Source of the DNA: Nageia nagi | Taxonomy: Eukaryota > Plantae > Pinophyta | Assembly: GCA_050084985.1 (NCBI GenBank) | Contig: JBITNC010000002.1 | Span: 37,696,001-37,760,000 of the forward strand | Length of the DNA: 64,000 bases | Reading direction: 5' to 3' | Shown: in pieces, positions 26,970 through 39,300 of the stretch | How the letters are laid out: every line of letters starts with the position of its first letter | Position numbering within the stretch: position 1 is the stretch's first letter | Position numbers and translations under genes: made by a program | Notes under the pieces: model-generated | What the model was told of the DNA's origin: nothing | The model's database searches: none | What the model saw: only the letters and a program-made list of their open reading frames with translations

Positions 26970-29900
26970 TGTTGTGGCCACACAACACACCCCAAAATAC
27001 AAGATTTTGGGGACCCTATTTTTGCAAAGGCAATGAGGTGCATTGCCTTGAGATTGGTTTTTGGCGACGAATAGTTCATTCTGAAGAGTGCAAACATGAT
27101 ATCAAGGAGCGATTCAAGGAGATCTTGCGATGAAGACCCTGAAGAGTATAAGAGTATCCCGTCATCAATTTTGCAGCCAAGGAGCCAAGATCTAAAAGAT
27201 AGCATCAAAGCACGGATTTTTGGGCCTAGAGAGCAGTCATTGCAAGTGGGGCCATTTTTGTAGAGTTTGAGCTCACAGGTGCTAAGATGACAAAAATGGA
27301 GCATTTTTGTTAAGTTTGAGTATAGGTGCAGTGAATATGGCTAAGATGACAAAAATAAATGTTTTTGTCAATTTTGACCTTGAAAAGTTGGAAAAAGGCA
27401 AGTATGATAGAAAATGTGCGTTTTTGTCAATTTTGAGCTTGGAAGTGTTTAGCAAGGCAAGAATGTGTGTTTTTGCACAGTTTGGACACGGAAAGCTCTG
27501 AAATGGTCAAAAATGTAAAGTTGAGCCCAAAATGCTTAGAAAGTGTGGTTTTGGTAGGGAATGCACATAAATGTTCGGTTTTGACTAGGAATGGCCGGAA
27601 ATGTAGAGTTTGAGCTTGGAAGTGCCGAAAATGATCTTGTTTCAAAGTTTAAGCTCGGTTTTGATTGGAAATGACTGTTTTTTAGAGTTTGAGCTTGGAA
27701 ATGCTCGAAATGATTGGAAATGCACAATTTGAGCCCGGAAACGATGGAAAATGTGGATTTGGTCAAGTTTAAGCTCGAAAATGGTGGATATGGATCCGGA
27801 ATGCACAAGGTGTGTCCAAGAGCATAGTTTGAGGATTTTAGTGATACCAAAGCTCAAGTTTTGATGCATAGCTCCTAGGAATGGCAAAATATGAAATTTT
27901 TTCAAGAGATAAATGCAAATGGTGTCAAAAATCAAGTCTAAGACCATCATTGGAGAGATAAGGTTATTTCTAACACAAATAGGACTTGAAATTTTTTATT
28001 TTGACCAAGTTTTGAGCCCTCCAAGGCTAGGCGCAGTTTACCAAGGCAATAGAAATCCATTGGGGTGTATTTTGGCACCTAGCTACAAAGGAAAACATGA
28101 AATTTGTATCGAAAATCAAGGGAGATGGTTTGATTGCATGTAAAATCCTGTTCTAAGGAACTTTAGGTCTACAAATTTTTGATTTTGACCAATGGAAGTG
28201 CCCAAAAATCCTAGGCGCAAGTTTCCAAGTGATTGGAAATCCATAGACTTGCATTTTGGCGCCTAACTTAAAGGAGAAAAATGGATTTTGACCAAAGACC
28301 AAACCAAAGGCATAGATTGATGGAAAAAGGTGGTTCAAGCACATTTAAGTCTTCAATTTTTCAAATTTGATCAACTTTTGAGGCCCAAAAAGCTAGGCGC
28401 ATGTTTTCAGCTGTATGGAAATCCAATGGAGTGATTTTTGACACCTAGCATGAGAGGAAAAGATGAAGTTTTAATAAATTTCAAGTTTAAGTGCTTGGGA
28501 ACAAGGAAAAGATCATTCTAAGAACATTTAATACTCAAAATTTTCAATTTTGATCAATTTTGGGCACCCTAAAGGCTAGGCACAGGTTTGCTAGTTTTTC
28601 CGAATCCAATGGAGTGAAAAATGGCACCTAAAATGAAACATTTGACAAATTTTCATAAAAAATCAATTTTGGGGTGTCCATTAAGTGAAATTTGCCATTT
28701 TGAACACATTTGGATCTTGGGAAAATCAATTTTGAGCACTTTTAAGCACCCTAAAGGCTAGGCGCAGGTTTTCAAGGCTATGGAAATCCAAAAAAATGAA
28801 AAATGGCGCCTAGGATGAAAACATTTCACAAATTTTGGTCAAAACACAAGTTTGAGGGGTCAATTGGGTGCAAAATGTGATTTTGAGCACTTTAAACTTG
28901 CAAATTTCCAATTTTGAGCAAGTTTGGAGGCTCAAATACCTAGGCCCAGGTTTGGGGGCTGATTGCAAATCCATAGGGCTGAAATCTAGCGCCTAAGTTG
29001 CCAACAATTGACAATTTGGTCCAAAAATCAAGTTGGATGCCTTCCTTGCATGAAGAAAGACATTCCAAGCACATTTAAATCTACAAATTTTCGATTTTGA
29101 GCACATATAAGGCACCAAAAAACTAGGCACAGTTTTTCTAATTTTTCCAAATCCATACAAGTGAAAACTAGCGCCTAACTTGAGGAGGAACATCAAATTT
29201 TGCTTAAAAATAAAAAAATTTGCTCAAAAATCGAAAATTTTGCCTTTATTGCATGGAAAATGGTATTCTAAGCAACTTTAAGCTTTGGAATTTTGAATTT
29301 GAGCAAGTTAAAGGGCTCAAAAATCTAGGAGGCATTTTTCATTCCTATGGAAATTTCACTTTCTTCTACCAAACAAAATCCATAGACATGAAAATGGAAA
29401 AATTTGCCAAAATCTCAAATCCTTCATAAAACCTCCTACAAAGCTCACAAACCTCTCAAAACTTGTCGAGGACCTTATAATCCCATCCTCCATCCATCCA
29501 TAAGCTCAATTCCACTTTTTGAAAAATTTCCAAAATTTGGACCCCCTTATCTTTTTCGAAAAATTCTCTCAAATCTCTTGAAAATTTGCCACAATGATTG
29601 CATCATAGGCAAATCCAGATTCAAAGAAGGAAGGAGCTCAAAAGATTGTCGGTTCAGAACGAGGATTTGAAGCTCCAATTTTTGACAAATTGATGTGAAA
29701 TGCCTTGAAATGTGTGCCGAAGGGCATCAATTTTTGTAAATATTTTATTTTTAGCATATTTTTGTGGGATGACACTATTCTCCTACTAAAACAATATTGT
29801 AATCTTGATTTAGCATTCAAATTAGCATTTTAAAGCTTTTTTTAGGAATTAGGGCAACACCCTCAAATTTTGACCTTAAAAGTCTATAAATAAACCACAT

Positions 29901-30808
29901 GGGGTCACATTTTGAGGTCGTATGTTGTAGTCCAAGAAATTTCCAATTTTCTTCAAAATTGAAAATTTTTGTAATTGAGGAGCAAATTAATGTACTTATG
30001 TAAAACTATTTTGCAAACATAATACAAATGGCTACAAGTTGATTCAAAGTGTGTTTTCATCTATGGGAGTGGTGGATTGATCTTTTTAGAATATTTTCTG
30101 TAATTGAAACATTTTTGTGCCTTCTCTTTGAAAACTCTTGAGTTTTAGGAGAATTTGTTGTAAACTTGTCAAAATTGTTTGAATTGTTGCTAATTCATCA
30201 CTTTCTTGTTAAATGTTTAGTATTCTGAATCGACTTTCTCTTAAGATATCTTCCTAGACCTCTTGTTCAAAACTATTCACCTTCACTCATGTTTAGTCCA
30301 CTTGGTTGCATCGGTCCTATTCACAGAGTACCGACATTATTCACTTTCGCTCATCTTTGATGTTGCAATGTCATACATTCAAGACGTGATTTAATTGAAC
30401 AAGATTTTTACTTATCGAGAGAAGAATGTTTAGGCAATGCTGCATTGTGACTACCTCTTTGAAGTCTAGCTAGTATTCGGCCTCATTCTCACTTTTTCTC
30501 TTCTTTATTTTACACTTTATTTAAAACTTATGGCAACTTTCGAGCTATCATAAGATAACACACCTCAATCCCTACAAAAAACATAAGTTAACAATTATTA
30601 CCTCTATTACACCACTTAGCTGATTCCCAAACAAGACCTATGCATTTAAAGCCCGTATTAACGACACGAGCTTTCCGATAGAAACCGTGGGGTATTAGTC
30701 CTTACAAGAGGAGTGTTCAGTAACGCGTTCTCACCTACATGTTGGATCGCTTTCCGGTCTTGATCGTATGGGCGATCGTCGAGTAAGAGGAAAGGTTTCT
30801 TCCCAACA
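26970..30808 (+). mobile_element. Large LTR (3.8 kb) related to 351-4477, without matching TSD
   Basis: TGTTG...CCCAACA termini. The first ~250 bp and the promoter-like block (AGGGCATCAATTTTTGTAAATATTTTATT; TATAAATA near 29885) are shared with 351-4477. The flanks CTGTC and TGGAA differ. Confidence 0.8.
28000..29400 (+). repeat. ~183-bp tandem array (8 units) inside the LTR
   Basis: CTAGG anchor (mostly CTAGGCGC) at 28027, 28211, 28393, 28576, 28758, 28940, 29123 and 29325. Most units contain a CTAGGCGC...GCGCCTA inverted motif. Confidence 0.85.
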
Positions 30809-32667
30809 TGGAAACTTAAAATTCCGTTTGATATAGTACTCTTTGAAGAATTTGATATAAAGATGTTTGTTGAGTAAGGAGGTGAAGTTTGTATTGTCTA
30901 CCTGCAGCTCAAAGACCAAGCTTGGCTGTCTTTCCTCAGTATGGCTTCAGCAAGCATTCTCTTTTGATACTTTTAAGCATTAGCAAAAGAATGGCTTTGG
31001 GTCATTTGCACCCTTCAATGTGGACTTCCATCACCATCATTTTCTTCCCCTCAGTTGTTTTCTGTTTTTCATCATTCATTTTCTTTGCTTCTTTCTCCTT
31101 ATGTTTGTCCTTCTGCTGTTTTTCTTGCAGTACTTTGCTTTTGGTTTGTGTGCTTCGTTTTCCAGTCTGTAGCCATCTTGGGATTCTTGTTTCTCCAAGT
31201 CATTGGTTACTACTGATGAGGTGTCAACCTTACTCTTCTTCTCCTCCAATCGCTTTTCATCTCTTGCAATTTTCCTCTTTACCTTTGCTAATATCTCCTG
31301 CTGCTGCTGTTTAGTGTCTGCTTCATTCTACTTTCTGTGGCAGATTATTATACTCTCTTCAATGCCCTCCAAAGGGTGCGGCCAAGGCCCAGTTACATGT
31401 TAACGAGAAGGCCTTACTATCCAGTGGGTAGTGAGTGCCAGCCTGCCTTTGGGGATTTCTCCACAATGAAATGCATGGCAAACATAGTAGACCGCTCTCC
31501 CACAAAGCTAGGTGGGTGCTATATATATCACATCTGGAGCACCCGGGTTGTTCCCCACCTATATTGTATAATATGTGTTGTCTAATGGAGATCTGGTGAT
31601 GGAGCTTGTTCAACTTTAGAGGGTATATCAATAATTCATTAGTTATGAAGAAACACCACTACTCAGTCAACTCCTCTTTCTGGGTGTTGTCATCATGTAT
31701 TTTAATATTTATTGTATATTCAGTGTGTGACAGTATCACATATTTCCATCAATAGAACCCTTTAGGTCTACTATAGACACAAATTGGATAGGTTCTGTTG
31801 ATGACAGGAATTCACCTACAGGTTAAGCTATATTGGGTTGGAATAATTTGCTGTTTCTTGGGTGAATAAAACATTATAGTGGTTTCTTTTTGTCTTCCTC
31901 CCACAAGCAGAGTATGAGCTGTAATTACTAGAAAATGCGAAATAATAGAATTTTGGGTGATTTGCAGTTCACCAGAGAATAATAAATAAAGATTACAGTT
32001 TTTAAATTTTTTTATAAGAAAGTCAAGCAATGTAAAACTCATCAGTGAAATGAAATGCAAATTGATGAAATTTTGTTTGAGAAATATGCTACTACCCAAT
32101 ACTGTTAGGTTTTAATTATTTTAAAACATTCGAAAGTTAAAATTTTGGAGTCCTCGATTAATTTTTGAGCATGTACTATTTATGCATGATAATGTAATGT
32201 ACTAAAGCATAAACATTCACATTGTATGGAAGTTGAAGGGATATTTCCGTTACAAGGTATCGAATATAATCTTCAGTATTGTGTTACTAACAAATTCCAG
32301 TCAACTAGAATCTATAGAAATTTTTCATTTTATGTTTTCTTTGTTTAAGATTCAACAAAGAGAGTAATAATATAGAAATTTTTCATTTTATGTTTTCTTT
32401 GTTTAAGATTAAGCAAACAGAGTAATAATATAGTGACAATATTGTATGTATCTAGAATATTCGATGCTGAATTCTTACTCCTTGCTGCATTTCACATTAG
32501 TAGTTGAATAAAATAAATGGAAGCCCATAGAAATTGTCAATCTGTTTTCACTCTGGTATACACAAAATAACTATTGATGTTATATGTGACATCCTATTTG
32601 GACCATTGACAAATTGTGTCATGTTCACTTTGTAATCTAGTGTTTGTTCATATTCATGTTGTACATG

Positions 32668-33686
32668 TGTAACTCAAGCAGGAGCTTATGGTCTGCAAAT
32701 CCCACTATGAGCCCAGTAATGGGACGTCTCCCCTTGAGGAGTGTTGTGTCGGTTTGTATTAGGTTATCCGGATTGTGGGAATCCCTAGATAGGTATGAGT
32801 CTTGCGTAGGCCAAAGTGCATGGAGGAGCATAGCAGTGTTGGGAGGGCCCCACATACCCCACGCTGGCTATGAGGCCATCAAGACCCCACGTTAGCATAC
32901 TAGGCCACTATGACCCCCATGTTGGCATGGTTGACCTGTTAACCCCAACGTTGAATAGACTTGGCATGGGATGATATCTAGGCATGATGGATAGACACGA
33001 GAGGCCATATATTGAGGATGGAGCTCCATGATGAGGTTAGCTATTGATTATACTTCTATTACACTAAACCCGATTGGGCTTGCAAGTCTTGGCGGTGCCG
33101 AGAATTCTTCCTAGGCGGTGTCTATAGGGGTGACAAGGTTGGGAGCCTAACACTCTACGACTTAGGTGGGTCACCTAGTCCATTCAGTGGTATTCCGAGG
33201 GCGAGCTTCTGCCTTCAATGGTTATCCAGGGTTCGAGGAGGCTCCTTCGCAGGAGAGGATTCAGAGTCTGAGGGAGTTGGTCTTTCCTGTGGTGTTCGGC
33301 TTGTACAAGGGTTTGGAATCCTAGATCTGGATAGTGAGATCCTCATTGTATACCATTGCATATTAGAATATAATCCATCTCATTGTGTCTCACTCCATTG
33401 TGTTGTTCATTGATGTGTATGTGTTGTCTCTTGTATATTGGTGTTGGAAGCTCCATTGTGTTGTGTTCGTATCTGTGAGGCATTTGTTGAGGTGCCATGT
33501 GTTACTGTGTGCCCTAGAGGGCTGACGTCAGGGTGTAGGGGTTGCGTGGAGGCCTTGGGAGGCTCACGTTTGCATTGTGGGGTGTTAGGGTGCCCTAAGG
33601 GCCCAATGTAGGTTTGCTCGCTTCATTTGTTGAGGGTTTGAGTTGCATAGTTGGAGTCGTTTGTACTGAGCGATTTTAGATCATCA
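32668..33686 (+). mobile_element. Probable solo LTR (~1 kb, GC-rich), ~210 bp upstream of exon 2
   Basis: Abrupt GC-rich block running TGTAAC...CATCA with TATA-like and polyA-like motifs. The TSD is only imperfect. Confidence 0.45.
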
Positions 33687-33899
33687 CATTATATATGCTG
33701 AAATGCTATATTAATGGTCTGAAAACTTTTGTCTTCTTGAAGGGTCTCAAGCGATGTACTTTTCTTTTCACATTGTTGTTTGCATCTAGATAATTTCTGT
33801 TGTCATTTCTAGTGTAGATAGTTTCTTATGATATAGAGGCATTCTCTTTTTTGAGTAAATTTTATTGCTGGTTGATTATTTCTTTAATATTTTTTTCAG

Positions 33900-34016
33900 G
33901 TCTTGCATGGTGGGCAGTTTCAGCGAACATTTGAGGACATTTCATTAAAAGTTTGTCACACTCTGAGTGCATTGCCATTTGCTTCTTTAAATCTTTCTGA
34001 TCACACAAGATCACAG
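33900..34016 (+). CDS. PUB4: PUB4-like coding exon 2
   Basis: 117 nt, VLHGGQFQRTFEDISLKVCHTLSALPFASLNLSDHTRSQ. CAG acceptor, GTATGG donor, phase 0. Missed by the ORF track. Confidence 0.85.
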
Positions 34017-34139
34017 GTATGGTGTTAAATATGTCTCTTAAACTTGATGTGTCAATTTGTGTTCTCTAGTACTGCAATTTTTCATTTTGGAAACTCATTT
34101 TATGTAATTTATTTCTGAGATCATTACCTTTTTTTCTAG

Positions 34140-36152
34140 GTTGAGCACTGTATACAGGAATCAAAAAGAGTAAGATATACATGTGAATCTTACAATGAGC
34201 AAATAGCAGCAGATATAGAGAATGTTTTGGGGGATCAGGGGGAAAGCCTCAAGGTTGACAATGAGAAACTTAAAATGGTTGCAGAAAAGCTTGATTTGAT
34301 ATCAAATGTAGAAGTAATGAAAGAAGCTTGTTATCTGGAAAAGGAGAAAGAATATGCACGTATAGAAAGGGACAGGCAGGAGGAGGATTTCATCAATAAA
34401 ATCTCTAATTTAATCAAACAATTGTCTGACTATATGATAGAGCTAAGGCAAGCCCAAACTGTAACAGGCGTGCCAATCTCTGCAGAGTTGCTGTGTCCTC
34501 TTTCCTTGGAATTGATGTCAGACCCAGTGATTGTAGCTTCTGGGCAAACATATGAGAGAGCCTACATCCAACAGTGGCTGGATCAGGGTATGACTATGTG
34601 TCCCAAAACACATCAGACCCTTGGCCATAAAAACCTTATTCCTAATTACACTGTAAAGGCATTGATTGAAAACTGGTGCCGTGATCACAAAGTCCCATTG
34701 CCTGAGCCAGCAAAACATGTGACCCATAAATCTTTACAAAATCAGACAACAAACTCCAATTTTGATGCTGGATTGGCATCACCTTTACTCGAAGAAGTAA
34801 CTGCAAATATCAGCATGGTCAATTTCTCAGATCAACAAACTTCATGTCCAGAAGAAATCTCCTCGAAAGATGTTGGCCTTGGAAAGGAAAACTTTGATGT
34901 TTTTACTAGATCCAGTTTAGAGCTAGGAGAGCCAAGTACACATAGATCTGCAATTAATGGTGATCATCAGATACAAGTAGAGGAAGAAATTACCAATCAT
35001 GTTTCTGATCAAATTCAAGGACATACTCGAAATGTCTCTCTTTCAAGTAGTGCTTCAAGTTTAGATGATGGACAAACATCGGCAGGTGGAGATGCCCCAG
35101 TTTCAGAGGGAACTATGGGTTTAAGTGACAACTCTCCTTACAGCAGTGATGTTTCTGGAGAGTTAGCCACACCATTATCCTCTAGACGTTCACATCACAA
35201 TGGCATTGGAACTTCAAGATTAACTGAAAGAGGATTCCATGGTGGACGTGTTCCAAATCTGTGGGGTCGGCGAAGTGATGACAGAAACACCATGCCTGAG
35301 ATTATCTCTTACCCCTTGGTTGATACAGATGGCCAAAACACAAGCATCCGTGTACAAGTTGAAAAGTTTATACAAGATCTACAAAGTGATTCTGTTGAAA
35401 TTCAAAGAGCAGCTGCAGGGGAGCTACGGCTTCTTGCTAGGTACAATATGGAAAACAGGATCACAATAGCCGACTGTGGAGCTACCAGGCATTTGGTTGC
35501 ATTGCTAAGTTCTCCAGACTTGAAGACCCAAGAAAATGCTGTTACCGCATTGCTGAACTTATCAATAAATGACAACAATAAGAATGAGATTGCTGCTGCA
35601 GGAGCAATAGATCCTCTTATTAAGGTACTTCGGCTAGGTAATCCTGAAGCAAAAGAAAATGCTGCTGCAACTTTGTTCAGCCTATCAGTCATGGAAGAAA
35701 ATAAAATTGCCATTGGACAAGCAGGTGCTGTACAACCTTTAGTGGACCTACTTATGAATGGCTCTCCTCGGGGAAAGAAGGATGCTGCTACTGCGTTATT
35801 TAACTTATCCATTTTAAATGAGAACAAAACACGCATTATAAGGGCTGGTGCTGTTAGGCATCTTGTTGATCTTATGGACCCAGCAGCGGGAATGGTAGAT
35901 AAGGCTGTTGCTGTTTTAGCCAATCTTTCAAGTATCCAAGAAGGTCGAGCCGCAATCGGTGAGGAACATGGCATTCCTGCATTGGTAGCAGTAGTTGAAA
36001 TAGGGTCTCAAAGGGGAAAGGAGAATGCAGCAGCGGCTCTTCTCCAACTTTGTACAAATAGCAGTAGGTTCCGTTCCATGGTATTACAAGAAGGTGCCAT
36101 CCCACCTCTTGTCGCGTTGGCCAAATCTGGTACTCCAAGAGCAAAGGAAAAG
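34140..36152 (+). CDS. PUB4: PUB4-like coding exon 3 (U-box and ARM repeats)
   Basis: TTTTTCTAG acceptor and 671 open codons. U-box CPLSLELMSDPVIVASGQTYERAYIQQWL...CPKT and ARM repeats (TQENAVTALLNLSINDNNK, AKENAAATLFSLS, RGKKDAATALFNLS). Donor AAG|GTAGAA. Confidence 0.95.
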
Positions 36153-36261
36153 GTAGAATTCAAGACTTGTTTCATTGCAAAGCTGCATCATAATTTAAAT
36201 CAATTTATATAGAGAAATTGCATTTGTAACTGAGTTGTATATATTTGAATGTTTAATGTAG

Positions 36262-36345
36262 GCCCAAGCTCTTCTTCGTCATTTTAGGGATCAGCGGCAA
36301 TCAGGCATGGGAAGACGTGCTGATAGGCGCTCAGATAGGCATTAA
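36262..36345 (+). CDS. PUB4: PUB4-like terminal coding exon
   Basis: TGTAG acceptor, AQALLRHFRDQRQSGMGRRADRRSDRH*. Completes the conserved RAKEK|AQALL C-terminus. Confidence 0.9.
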   Translation, partial: AQALLRHFRDQRQSGMGRRADRRSDRH

Positions 36346-39300
36346 TGATGAGATGTGATTCTTTGTCAAATGTCAATTTCTTTTTGGTGCTTCATTGACT
36401 AACGTTTGTTTTATTAATCTTGTCACCATTCAAACCAACCTGTCGCCCCCCTTGTTTGATGGTTGGTCACATTGTGCCTCTGGTTTTTATATTGCGACTG
36501 GTTTTTCTATGCATTTCTTAAAACCTTCTAGGTGTGGTTTCATCCATGTATGAATGATTGTTGTTATCAGTCAGAATCCACTTTTGTTGGTCAAGATTAT
36601 TATTTGGAGGGAGGCATTGCTACATAATGAGGAATGCTTGTGTAAATGTCATAGGGAAAATGGTAGTAGTCATTTACAATGTAGTAATACACAATGTTTC
36701 TGCGTCATTATCACACGGCCAATTATTTAGAGCCATCATTCGAGAATATTTTGAGCTCCAGTATAGTGCCAAATTTTAACAAAAAATTGTTCTTAAGCAG
36801 ACTGAATCTCTACAAGTATCCCATGTTTAGGTTTTTTAAGAGGTAGTTAAGACCGTCATCAGCGTTGGCCAATTCGATCTTTTTTATTTGTTGTCATTTC
36901 TCTCTTGCTAGGAAATGTCAGACGTGATTTGTTGTGGTGGATTGCCTTCAATTGGCAGTTGCAGTCAACCATTAACTGTTTCAAGAATGCTAAATTATTT
37001 AATCACAATGGAGCAAAGGGCAAAGAATGAGGGCAGTGAACCTTGACAATCTTGGAAATGCACCAGATATGACATTATGTGGAGATGAGTTCTGGGCCAT
37101 TCCAATAAACTACCTATCAATGTAATGCATGTCTGGTGCTTATGATTCCTCCGAGTGTTATATTCTCATGCAGATCCTTTCATGGAGGAAATTAGTTTTT
37201 GTACTTATAGCTGGTATGTTGTCTTGTACTTGTTTGTATTGTATATTTTTCCTCCAAATGGTGAAGCATCAGGCCATCCTTGAATGCTCTAATGTTGCGA
37301 GCATAGACATTATCAGAACAAAGATTTATTCCAAGTTCATTTGGCTGTCAACAAATGTTAGAGGTGACTAGCAACATTTCCTGATGCTTTGTTGGGGTTT
37401 CTTGTATCATATTTGTTGTCATATTAAACTGTACAATGTTCAGATCTATTTTTTCATCTTACATCTATGGAAAGTTCTGCACTCGAATTTATTCTTGTTT
37501 CCTGAATGACTTGTACTTGTGCTCTGTTGGGAGATTTCATAGTATTCTAAAGATTATGTTGGAGGCTTAAAATGTTCATGGAATTTGAGACCTATTCTAT
37601 TGGCACTTGGCAGTTATATTCCAAGGGGCCATGAGAAGTTCCAGACAAGCATGCAGTTCAAAACAATCTTGGGTGTTTTTGGACTCGTAAATTCTAAATA
37701 TTCTTGTTCAGACTTCCAAAATATGCGGTTATTTATCCCTCCTAGTGCTGTTCACTTTCAGAGCTTTTGTTCCTGCAGCTATTTAATTTTGTATTCAAAT
37801 TTTAGTTGAAGTTTTTTCTTGTAGTTGTCTTTCATTTGTTCAAGTTCATTGTTTCAATCACTATTTGAATCTATACTTGTTGAAGCTTCAAAAGAACTCA
37901 GTATTTGCTTCAAAATATATGTTTCTAATTCTATTTTATGAATAGATACTTCCTTTTCTTCGAATAAATGATGTTATTCTTAACTTCTCCATGAGCCTTT
38001 CAATCATAGAACAAACCATCCTTTTCAACCAAGTTAGGGCATAAACCCGTTGTGTAAATTGACAGAATTCTCTTGCATTGGAGGTCTAAGCTCGGCATGT
38101 TTCAATGTTGACTGTTCATTTATGGCAATCCACCATTAGGTCAACCTAGTGGCCTTAAATTGCCCACGCATCTAATTTTGTGATCTATGAAGTATTAGTA
38201 TTATCTATAAAGTTGCATGCAATTACTGTCAAATAGAACATATGACAAGGTATGATAGAATTTAGAGTCTAAAACTAATTTATGGACTTAATACTGACAG
38301 TAATTAAAACTCTAATAACTTTACAAAGTAAAACTATTTGTTCCCATGAATACTGATATTAATCGATAATTTTTGAGACCCTCAAAGCCAAAACTCGTCC
38401 CTTTAAACTTTATCTTGTGGTCAAATTTAAAGGGAAAAAAGTATTTTTAATTTCAATAACTATGTCAAAACTTACAGGTCGCATTTCATACCAAGAGATA
38501 TGAAATGAATCATGTTTGTTATAGTAGTAAAACTTTATTTGGAGGTTTAACATTTTTTTCAGTATTTGTAGTCATTGCTAGTTATTCAATTGAAATTTGT
38601 ATATAAAGAATAATTTATTAATGTTTATTTATGTGAAATTAGTTTATTTCATTTAATAAAACAAGACATCTATCATTCACCAAAAACCATCATGTGGTAG
38701 GAATCTTATTTTCCATTTGTGCTCTTTTTTGGCCTATGCAAATTTGGTCTGGGAATTTGTATATTGTAATACTTCTCAACAATTTTAGTTCAGTGTGTTC
38801 TATCAGCATGTCGTGGAAATGTGCGATCTTCATTTCTTTACATGGTTTCAAATTTGACACATTCTAACTTCAAAATTTTCTATATTGTAAAAAAATTCCA
38901 CAAATTTGATAGTCAAAAGAATAATTTTGCAAAGCAATTTGGATGGTCAAGGACAACAAATGGAGAAATTGCAGTTGTTTTGACATTTGTAGCTTCAGAT
39001 ATTATATGTCGAGGTTTTTCACAAATTATAACTTTTGGGAGATTTGAGAACTTTGAAAAGTTTTTTACACATTTGGAATCTTAGAGAAACACTAAGGGGT
39101 CACTGATTTGCACTTTCTTCAACTGTAACATTTTGATCAAATTTTGCTTTTAAAAATTTGTTCTTTGTATTTTTTTTTGGATTAAAATTAGCAGGTAAAT
39201 TTGACATTAATAAAAAAATCGAGTTTTGAAAGGACCTTGAAAACCTTTTACAAGTAAGAGTATTGTATGCTTAAATGGTTTTACCTCGATAATAGACAAA

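Larger units (their letters stand above)
6546..33899 (+). other. 27,354-bp GT-AG intron of the PUB4-like gene
   Basis: GTACGT donor and TTTTTTTCAG acceptor. Splicing gives SKIYM|VLHGGQF in frame, matching the SKIY-x-VL pattern of PUBs. Confidence 0.8.

Noticed and set aside
30809-30826. PBS after the 3.8-kb LTR (starts TGG)
   Set aside because: The rest does not match a tRNA 3' end that I recognise, and no gag follows.
35402-35974. 190-aa antisense ORF
   Set aside because: Shadow of the ARM-repeat exon on the opposite strand.
36153-36212. C-terminus VEFKTCF... of the 661-aa ORF call
   Set aside because: Read-through into the last intron. The conserved end is in exon 36262-36345, and the TTG start at 34227 is internal to exon 3.
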